Positions 1-10,700 of a DNA stretch of 64,000 nucleotides are shown here, piece after piece. The stretch is from assembly GCA_017525505.1 (NCBI GenBank), contig JAFXSR010000033.1:43531-107530 (forward strand), written 5' to 3'. The number at the start of each line of letters is the position of its first letter. Position 1 is the stretch's first letter. The notes under the pieces are model-generated. The model did not search any database. It was not told the origin of the DNA and worked only from the letters and a program-made list of their open reading frames with translations. A program made the position numbers and the translations under genes. The stretch is from Bacteroidales bacterium. Lineage in GTDB: Bacteria > Bacteroidota > Bacteroidia > Bacteroidales > WCHB1-69.

Positions 1-1365
1 GGTCTTGGGGATGGCGGGGCCGAGTACCTTGTGGCCGTCAGCGGTAATTAGCAAGTCGTCCTCGATGCGGATGCCGCCAAAGTCGCGATATTGCTCCACC
101 TTGTCGTAGTTGATGAACTGTTCGAACTTGTGCTCGTTCTTCCAGTTGTCGATCAGCTGTGGGATGAAATAAATACCTGGTTCGATGGTGACGATGAAGC
201 CGGGTTTCAGCTCGCGGGCCATGCGCAGGGCACTCCAGCCGAAGATGTCGCTGCGGCTCACGGTGTCGTCGTAGCCGACGAAGTTCTCGCCGAGGTCTTC
301 CATGTCGTGCACGTCCAAGCCTAACTGATGGCCTAAGCCGTGGGGCATGAAAAGGGCGTGGGCACCTTGGCGAACGGCCTCGTCCACGTCGCCTTTCATC
401 AGACCCAATTGTGACAGTCCTTGGGCAATGACTTTGCAAGAGAGGGTATGCAGTTCTTTGTTATATACGCCAGGGTGTGCGGCATTGATGGCATCCACAT
501 TGGCTTTCAGCACAATCTCATAGACTTCCTGCTGTTTTTGGGTGAAACGGCCGCCCACAGGCAGGGTGCGGGTATTGTCGGAGCAATAGTTCATCAGGTT
601 TTCGGCGCCGGCGTCCATCAGCAGCATGTTGCCCTCCTGAAGGATGGCCTCATGGCCGTGGTTGTGCAAGGTTTCGCCGTGCTGTGACAGGATGATGGGG
701 AAGGACACGCCATTGCCGTACGACAGGGTGATGCCTTCTGCCAGACCTGCCAGCTCCAGTTCGGGCACGCCGGCCACGCAGCGGCGCATCACGGCAGTAT
801 GCATCTTATAGCCAATCTCGCATGCGTTCTCCATCTGCTCTATTTCGCAGTCTTCCTTGGCGGAGCGCAGGTTCACAATGCCCTTGATCAACTCTGCCGA
901 GGCGTGGTTGCGGATGTCGTTCACATTGATACCGGTGAGGTTGGACAGCCAGATTTTGTTGTCGCCACGGTAGGGTGGGGTGAAGTGAACCTTGCGGCCG
1001 GCAGTTTGGGCGGCATGGATGTATTCGCTCAGCTTGGCCATGGGCATCACCTCTTTCACACCCACTTTCTCGGCCAGGGATGCCAGCGTGGGCTGGTTGC
1101 CCATCCAGATGATGTCGTCAATCTCGAAGTCATTGCCGAAAATGATGTCGCGGTTCTCGTCAAAATCGATGACGGCGGCGATGTCGGCAATAGAGAGACC
1201 GAAGAAATACAGGAAATTGCTGTCCTGACGGTATTTATAGGTGTTGGAAGGATAGTTCATGGGGGCTTCGCTGTTGCCTAAAAAGACGGCGATGCCGCTT
1301 TTCACGGCTTTCTTCAATTGGGTGCGGCGGTTCTGATATACTTCCGCTTTAAATAATGGATTCAT
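1..1365 (-). CDS. Xaa-Pro aminopeptidase / M24B metallopeptidase (C-terminal end runs off the window start)
   Basis: Absent from the ORF track because it is open to the window edge. My reverse-strand translation from the ATG (cat at 1363-1365) reads MNPLFKAEVYQNRRTQLKK... It carries M24 motifs HGLGHQLGLDVHD, TIEPGIYF and GGIRIEDD. A TATCTTTG box lies at 1387-1394 (minus). Confidence 0.85.
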   Translation of the reverse strand, partial: MNPLFKAEVYQNRRTQLKKAVKSGIAVFLGNSEAPMNYPSNTYKYRQDSNFLYFFGLSIADIAAVIDFDENRDIIFGNDFEIDDIIWMGNQPTLASLAEKVGVKEVMPMAKLSEYIHAAQTAGRKVHFTPPYRGDNKIWLSNLTGINVNDIRNHASAELIKGIVNLRSAKEDCEIEQMENACEIGYKMHTAVMRRCVAGVPELELAGLAEGITLSYGNGVSFPIILSQHGETLHNHGHEAILQEGNMLLMDAGAENLMNYCSDNTRTLPVGGRFTQKQQEVYEIVLKANVDAINAAHPGVYNKELHTLSCKVIAQGLSQLGLMKGDVDEAVRQGAHALFMPHGLGHQLGLDVHDMEDLGENFVGYDDTVSRSDIFGWSALRMARELKPGFIVTIEPGIYFIPQLIDNWKNEHKFEQFINYDKVEQYRDFGGIRIEDDLLITADGHKVLGPAIPKT

Positions 1366-1386
1366 AGTATATATATTTTAGAGGTG

Positions 1387-1394
1387 CAAAGATA
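1387..1394 (-). promoter_or_regulatory. Bacteroidota -7 promoter box (TAnnTTTG) for the aminopeptidase gene
   Basis: The reverse complement of caaagata is TATCTTTG, 22 nt upstream of the ATG. Confidence 0.6.
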
Positions 1395-1555
1395 CACATT
1401 TTTAATGAAATAACAAAACCATTTGGCGATTTGGCGATTTTTCATTTGGAATGTTGTACCACTTTGGCTCATTTCCCGTATAAGCTGGAAATCAACCGCT
1501 AACAATTCATGAAGAAAAAAAATAAAAAAATTAGCACCAAGTCAAAAAAATTGTG

Positions 1556-1563
1556 TATTTTTG
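1556..1563 (+). promoter_or_regulatory. TAnnTTTG promoter box upstream of the giant surface-protein gene
   Basis: TATTTTTG, followed by a roughly 175 nt very A-rich leader (acaaaaaacaaaaaacaat...). Confidence 0.45.
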
Positions 1564-1743
1564 CTACGCAATTATTATGGATTATTATGACGTTGCGAAA
1601 AAGAGAGAAAAAAAATTCAGGTCTTCGTGAGAAGAATTCTAATATATTGTCAATCAAAAAGTTATTAACAAGATATCAACAATAGAAAAACAAGAAACAA
1701 AACAAAAAACAAAAAACAATAGTATTAATCAAAAACAATCAAA

Positions 1744-4700
1744 ATGAAAAAATTTGACACTTTTCAAGCTTTCGCCCGAGGGGCAAAAAGTTTGGTGGCC
1801 ATTTTGCTAGTGATGCTAATGGCAGTGGGAAATTTGTTTGCACAAACAACCTACACTTTTTCAAATTATACTGCAGGAACGCAGTATGCGATTGATGAAC
1901 AGCATGTGTTAGATGATGTATTAACCATCTATACCACAGATTGTCATTTCCGAACAGATCAGCTTCGTATATATTCGAATACTTCACATAATGGATTTTT
2001 CTATTCGAATGCGCTGCCTAATAATATTGACAGTATTTCTTTCAATATTGGTTACAAAGTTGATAATCTATTAGTATATGGAAGTACTGATGGATTGACA
2101 TGGACTTTAGTTGGTTCTATTGCTACAACAGAAAATTATACCGACAGAGGTATAGGATTTGGAAATAATGAATTTAATTATTTTAAATGTGATGTGGAAG
2201 GAGATCAACAGCTTCGTATCACTTCTTTCACAATGTTTTATAAAACTACTCCCGAACCTCCCACACCTATCGTGGTATCTGTTCCTACTTTCACTCCTGA
2301 AGCTGGCACTTATGACGCCGCTCAGAATGTGACGATTGCTTGCGCTACCGATGGTGCCGCTATTTATTATACTCTGGATGGTACTACTCCTACCGCCAAT
2401 TCCACACTTTACGAAAACGCAATCGAAATTACCGAAACTGCTACAATCAACGCCATCGCTTTTGTGGGTGAAACCGCAAGCGATGTGGCTACTGCAACTT
2501 ATACAATCAATGTAACTCCCATCGAACCCGATGAACCCGATGAACCCACAGTTCTGGATTACGACTCTATCGCTACCCTTCCTTATGTTTACAACTTCGA
2601 TGATGGTATTGATCCCTATTTCATGGCCGAGAATGGCGAGGCTGTCAACCAATGGTATGTTGGTCAGGCTCAAACTTTCGATAATAAGAAATTGTATATA
2701 TCATCTAACTTCGGCGTCACTAACAAATACGACGTTACTAAGGCCAGCACCGTGGTCGCTTACCGCGATGTGATGGTTCCGGCAACAGGTGCTGTATTAA
2801 GCTTCGACTACCGTGTGAACGGTCAAGCTGGTTATGACTATCTGCAGGTAAGTTTGGAACATGGCAACGAGGCTGTTCCTGTTGCCCAGTTGTCAGGTGT
2901 AAACGAATGGGCTTCTTTCAGCTATGACATCTCTGGTGAATTGGCTGGTGAGGTTCGTGTTAAATTCACTTGGGTGAACAATGCTACCAATGGTAACCAG
3001 TTCCCCGCCGCTATCGACAATCTTTCTGTTATTGAGACTCCTTGCTCACAGCCTACCGCTTTGACAGCTACCGTTGACAGCACTACCGCTGTGATTACTT
3101 GGACAGCTGTTGAAGGCCAGACCGCTTGGAACTTCCAGTACAGATTGGCTGACTATAGCGAATGGTACACTGTTCCCGCTACCGAAACCACTGTTACCCT
3201 GAATGATCTCCAAGGCAACAGCAACTACGAAATGAGAGTTCAGGCTGTTTGCGGCGAGAACGTGAGCGCATGGACTACTGGTACTTTCGCAGTGGCTTGC
3301 CAGTCGGAAACAGTAGTGACTACACAAGACGATGTTCTTATTGGTAATGGAACAAGCACTAATTCTTATTTGCCGTTCTATGGAACCTATAATTATACTT
3401 ATTCACAGCAGATTATTGATGCCGCTGAAATCAACGCTACAAATGGTAGTGTATATTCAGTAAGTTTCAATTGTTCAAGCGCACCGGCTTCTACATCTAC
3501 TGGTAATATCAAAATCTGGATGGCTAATACTACAAAATCAGTTTTCGATAGCAATACCGATTATATAGATCCAGCAAACTTGACTTTGGTATATGAAGGA
3601 CCTTCTTCATACGCTTATCAAACGGGTTGGAATACTTTCACCTTTGATACTCCGTTTGAATATACTGGTGATAATTTGGTAGTAGCTTATTATGAAGGTA
3701 ATGGTTCATGGAACGGAGGTTCTTTCTATGTTCATTCAACTACTACTAACAAGTCTATTATGCATTACAATGATACTCAATCAGCAGTATCATATACAAG
3801 TCCTGCAACAGCAACTGGTACAAAATACTTCAATATGTATAGAAACAACATGAAGTTGAACATGGATGTTACTGTGGTTACTTGTGACGATCAAATCGCT
3901 TGTGTTGCTCCTACTGGTTTGGAGGTTTCTGATATTACACCCAACAGCGCAGTGTTGACTTGGACTGCCGGTGCTGAAGGTCAGACCAATTTCATCGTGG
4001 AATATCAGGCCGAAGGTGCTACCGAATGGACTTCTGTGGATGTAAATGACACCACTTATACTTTAACTGAATTGGCTCAGCTGACCAACTACTTTGTGAA
4101 AGTAAAAGCCAACTGTGGTGACAATAACTGGAGCGATGTGATTACCGCTTCATTCAGAACAGTAGGTATTTGTCCTCCTGTTACCAATTTGGAAACCTCA
4201 AATGTGTCTAACACTACTACTTTGACTTGGGAACCTGGTGGTGAGGAAAGTGCTTGGTTGGTTCAGTTCAAACCCGCTTCTGAAGGTGGAGACGCTTGGA
4301 CTTCCATCAATGTGAGCTTGCTTCCTATGACTACCTTCGGTGGTTTGGTTGGTAATGTGGACTATGATGTTCGCGTGAAAGCTTTGTGCGATCCCGAAAA
4401 CGAAGAAAACCAGAGCGAATGGGTAAATGCTTCTTTCCATTCAGGTTGTGCCGCATTTGACGTTCCTTTCACCGAAAGCTTTGCTGCTTCTACTATGCCC
4501 ACTTGCTGGGAAAATACAGATTTCCATTTCTCAACAAGCAGTGATGGCTATGCCTATTCAAACACCAATGGTGCAGAATTGATTTCACCGGCTATCAATA
4601 TTCCCGCTGAAAACCCGACTTATTTGTCATTTGAAGTACGTGGATCAGGTGAATATACTGTTCTGGCTTCTTACAGAGGTACCAGAGCTGACCGTTTCGA

Positions 4701-7700
4701 GGTAATTTATACAGGTATTGCTCCTAACCAAAATACAAATGTAGTTGTTGTTCTTGCTGACCAGTACAAAGGTAGAGCCGTTAACTTCAAAGTTGTAAAT
4801 AACAGCACCAACTATCAGTACTTCCATCATCTTACTGTTAACCAGTGTCCGTTCGAAGCCGCTTCTTTGACTACATCCAATGTTACGGGTACTACTGTTG
4901 ATTTGGCTTGGGAAGCTGATGAGGCCGCTGCTAATTTCCAGGTTCAGTATGGTGAACAAGGTTTCACAGTAGGTGAAGGTACCACAGTTGACGTTACCGA
5001 TACTACAGCAGTTACTATCAGCGAGTTGAGCTATGAGACCGCATACGATTTCTACGTAAGAGTTGTTTGTGAAGGTGACAATGGCGCATGGTTTGGTCCT
5101 GTTATCGCAATTACTGCTCCCTCTTGCTCTGATCCTATGAATTTGAGTTTTGATTTCACTTCAGCCCAATTACATTGGAACAATGGTGAATGGGGAACTC
5201 CTGCACAGTATAATGTGAGATACAAAGCAGAGAACGATGCTGAATATAATTATACTTCAGTTATCCCCGTTGATATGCCGGGATACACTCCATTTGCGAC
5301 CATTTCAGGTTTAGCTTCTAATACCACTTACGAAATGGGTGTTCAGTCAGTTTGCGGCGAGAACATGGAGAGCAATTGGGTTACCATCATGGTTACCACT
5401 CCTTGTATGCCAATAGCGGTAACCGCAGAAAATCCGTATATTGAAGGATTTGATGGCGTAGATTTCGTGCCGGAATGCTGGAGCAAAGAGGACAATGGAA
5501 CATACGCTTGGTCAAGATCCACTTCATATGCTCATACAGGATTGGCAAGTGCAAATAGTGGTTATTATGGTGATATTTACTTGAATATGCCAGCCCTTTC
5601 CTTGCCTGCAAATCCCGCACAGTTGTCTTTCTGGTCATTTAATACTTGGCCGGATGACTATGACAAAAACAGTGTGATGATTTCCACAGATGGAATAAAT
5701 TATACAGAAATATGGTCTCCCACATCAGTATCACAGACATGGGTAAAGACAACTATCAGTTTGAGTGCATACGCCAATCAGACGGTTTATATCGCTTTCA
5801 AATACGAAGGCGACAATGCACATGGCTGGTTTGTTGATGATGTGACTGTAGAGGCTCCTTCTTGTTCTGCTCCAGATCTTAGTATAGCAGGACTAACAGC
5901 CACCATCACCCCTGGTAATTTTGGAACTCCTGTTTCATACGATTTGATGATTGGCGAGCAAACTGCTACCGTTACTGAAACCACTGTTGATTTGTCAACT
6001 GTTTTCACTTTGGAAGGCAGCACAACTTATCAAGTAAGCGTACGTGCAAACTGCGGTAATGAAGACTACTCTGATTGGTCAGACGCTGCAAGCTTTACTA
6101 CTCCTTGTATGGCAATAAGTAGCTTACCATGGAACGAAAACTTTGAGGGTTTTGATGCTAGTACAGTACCCAATTGCTGGGACAATAGTGCTTCTACTTC
6201 TTCAACATTAAGCAATTATCCTGAACGTATTTGGGGTGTATATAGCTATAGCGGTAATAAAATGATGCGTATGTACAATTATTATGTACAAAGTGGTACT
6301 GCACTTATCAATTCGCCAGTAATCACTTTGCCAAATACAGGTGTATATGTATTGAAGTTTGACTATTCCCACAGAGCAAGTTGCGGTGCATTCAAGGTAA
6401 ATGTAATAGAACAAGGCACAACACAAGCTGTTGAGTTGGGATCATACACAAGTACTGGTTCTAATGATTATACAAATCCAGGTACATTCACCGAGGCTGA
6501 TCCTATTTCATTGGCAGCATACGCTGGTAAATCTATCATATTGCAGTTCTTCTCTAATGCCAACTATGGTAGTGGTGCAATCTTTGTGGATAATGTTGCA
6601 ATTGAGGAAGCTCCCTCTTGCATGAAACCATCTTCCATTACCGTTGGTACTGTTACTGAAACCACAGCTCAAGTTTCTTGGACTGCAGGTAGTAGCGAAA
6701 CCGAATGGGAAGTTTCTTATACCATTGGTGATCAAACCATCACAGAAACTACTACCGAAAATCCATACACTATTACGGGTTTGTCAGCTTCTACCCACTA
6801 TGTACTGCCATTCAGCGTAAAAGCTATTTGCTCAGCCACTGACGAGTCAGAAGTAGCAAGCACAGAATTAATTATCAACACTGTTTGTGGTTTGGTCGCA
6901 GTTCCTTTCGCAGAGAATTTCGACACTTATACTTCTACAACTACTCAGTCATCCATGGTGATGCCGCTTTGCTGGAATAGAAAATTCACGGGTACTTCAA
7001 CCTCATACGGAGCAGGTATTTACAATAGCTCATCATACGCCGTGAGCGGTACCAACTCATTGAGATTATATAGCTATTGCACTACTTCAACTTCAACTTC
7101 ATATGGTGAAGTGTATGCTGTGTTGCCTCAGATGGACGCCGCAATTAATACCTTGATGATTTCTTTTGATGCAAAAGCATATAATTCAACTTCTGCATAC
7201 TATGGTTCAAGATTGGATGTGGGTGTTGTTACTGACGCTGCTAATCCTGAAACAAGTTTCACCCTTATTCAAACTATTTCTGCTCCTGTTGCAGGTGAAA
7301 GATTTACAATTCCATTGAGTGATTATAGTGGAAATGGTTATATCGCATTCCGTGAAACTAAAGAAAAACCAGAAGGTTATACCAATAGCTATTGGTACAA
7401 TTATACATATGTTGATAATATTTTGGTGGAAGCTATTCCCACTTGCTTCGTTCCTTCATCATTAACTGTTTCAGAAGTTACTGACCATACAGCTGCTGTT
7501 AATTGGGCTGATAGTTATGACCAGGCTGCTTATGCAGTTGAATACATGGCAGAGGGTGATGCTACCTGGACCAGTGTTTCTGTTGACACTACATACACTC
7601 TCCTGAACAACCTCCAGGCTTCAACCAACTACGCTGTTCGTGTAAAGGCCGTTTGTGGTACTGAAGATGAAAGTGAATATACTGATGAAGTGGAATTCAC

Positions 7701-10700
7701 AACTAATTGTGAGCATGGTGTTCAAGTTGAATTTACAGGTACTTCAACTTCAACTTATATTCCAACCTATGGAAATTATAACTATAGTTTCTCACAACAA
7801 ATTTTCAAGAGTTCTGAAATTAATGCTGCTACCACAATTTCTGGTTTTGAAATTGAGGTTAGCAACACCGGTTCAAAAGCAAGAAATATTGACATTTACA
7901 TGATGCATACATCTGCAAACGAAATTACTTCTTGGTTGCCTATGGACAATGCCCAGTTGGTTTATTCAGGTGTTGTTGCTTTCACAGAAGGATGGCAGCA
8001 AATTAATTTCGATACTCCATTTAACTATAATGGAACAGACAACTTGGTGTTGATTGTGGATGATAATACTGGTTCATGGGGTAGCTATCCTACCTTCCGT
8101 ACTCATGCCGGTGGATCAAATATAGCAAGATATTATTATACTGACAGTTATAATGTTGATCCATTCAATCCGGGTGCAACAGCAGCAGGTTCCGCTTATA
8201 CATACAGAAACAACATCAGAATAACCAACTGTCCTGAAGCTACAGATTTGGCTATCACAGACATCAACACTTTCGCAGACGCTTGCGATGTGGAAGGTGC
8301 TGTCACTGTTGGTGTGAAGAATATGGGTTATGAAGGTACCGTTAGCACATTCGAAGCTTACTATCAGGTGAATGAGGAGACTCCGGTTCATGAAACCGTT
8401 ACCTTGGCCACCCCGATTGCATTCAATGAAGCTGCCACCTATACTTTCAACCAGCTTCCTGCTTTCACCACTGGTGAAAACACTTTGACCGCTTGGGTTG
8501 AATTAACAGGCGATGCTGTTGATGCCAACAACACCATTACTTCAGCTCCTATCACTGTTCTGGCTCCTATCGCTGTTCCTTACGAAGAAGCATTCACAGG
8601 TCTGACTATCAACCATGGTTGGAATCCGATCGATGCCAACAACGACGGTGTCACCATGAACCTGAACAACAACATCAACTATACTTTCAACGATTTGGCC
8701 GCTGCTGACGACTGGATGATGTCACCTTGTATTGAAATGGCTGCTGGTACTTATACCATTATCTATGACTATAAGGCTAACAGCTCACTGACCGAATCCT
8801 TCGAAGTATTCTATGGCAATGGCGCACATATCGCCGATATGACCAACGCCGTGGCTACTCATAGCTTCAACAATACTATCAATGAGACAGCTACCACTAC
8901 TATCACTATCGACGCTGACGGTATCTACAACTTCGGCTTCCACGCCACTTCATTGCCTGGCAACTTAGGTTTCAGCATCGATAACTTCAAAGTATATCCT
9001 GTTAACGATGTTATCGTAACTTACAATGAGTTGGGTGGTACAGTTACTCCTAATGACACTATCGCTGTCAACTATGGTGAAGACCTCACCCTGAACCTCG
9101 TTCCGAATCCTATGTACCACGTGGCTGGTGTTTGGGTTGATAATGTACAGGTAGTTCCTGAAGACGGTACAGGCGCTAACTTCATGCTCTATACCTTGGA
9201 GAATGTTACAGAGCCTCATACCGTATTCGTAGATTTCAAACTTGAATTCCATATCTTTAAAACTGTTGAAAACTACAGATCTGACCTCTATAGCGATCTC
9301 GGTGGTAAGTTTGTGAATACAGAATTGCCAGTTGACACTACCATCAATCCTGATCCTTTCACTGTGAACATGGAGGCTGATCCTCACTATTTCTTGACAG
9401 GTTTGACCCTCAGCCCGATGGATCCTGATATGCAGATTGATGTGTTTGCAGACGTTGTTGACAATGGTGATGGTACTTACAGCTATACTATCGATACTTT
9501 GGTCGTGGCCAACTACTATCTGAACGCTACATTCAGAAGAGACACTGTGGCTATCAACTACAATGTTTTGACTGGTAAGGGCTATGCTAATGACAGTGAG
9601 CTGATGACCGCTGGTGACACCTATACTACTTGGGTTGACTACTCAGTAAACAATGATGTTGATACTACCATTGCTTTCTATGCTGATGAAATCGATGGCT
9701 ATCATATTGTGGATGTTATCGTTAATGGTGAGTCTCAAGGCCGTGTTGACAGCTACACCTTTGAAAATGTTACTGAAACTCAAAATGTTGATCTTAAATT
9801 CGGTTACAGAATCGACGCATTCGTAAGCAATTACAATACGTATGACAGTATTACTGACATCATGGGCACTATTATTCCTGATACCCAGTATGTGGCTGAG
9901 TATGATCCTATGATGGTTATTGGTACTGTTGAAGAGCACTTCCACTTGTATCAGTTCTTCGTGAACGGCGTGAACAGAATCGACGAAGTGGTATTCGGTA
10001 GTGATCCTCATTACTACTACTTCACTATGGATTCTATCGCTGAAAACTACACTATCGAAGCAGTTGTTAAGGTTGACACCTTCGCTATCACTTATAACGT
10101 AATGGCTGGCCAGGGTTATGCCGACGCTAGCGACCTCTTGGTTGAGGGTGAAAGCTTCAGTACTGTTGTGAACTATGCTGACAACTGGTATAGCAATATC
10201 ATTCCTGCCACCGGTTATTCTATCGACAATGTTACTTTGGACGGTCAGAACTTATATACCGCCAATAACTATCAGTTCAACTATGTCGAAGAATCTCATG
10301 AATTCTATATCTATTTCGAACCCAATACCTATACTGTTACTACCAATGCATACGGTAACGGTCTTGTAAGTGATGGTATTACTTTCACATACGATCCCGA
10401 CAGCACTGTCAACTATGAATTCAACGCTATGGCAGCCGAGGGTTACCACATTGCTTCTGTGGTGATTAACAATGCTGAAGTTGAAGTTACTGATCCTCAG
10501 ACCTTCGCTTATACTATCGAAAATGTGGCTGACAACTATTTGATCAACGTTTATTTTGCAATCAACACTTACACTATGACTGCTGAAGCTTCACAGGGTG
10601 GTGTGATTACTCCTAACGGTGTTCAGGTGGTGAATTATGGTGACGATGTAGATTACGAAATCGTTGCTAACCAAGGCTGGTACATTGCTCAGACTGTTAT

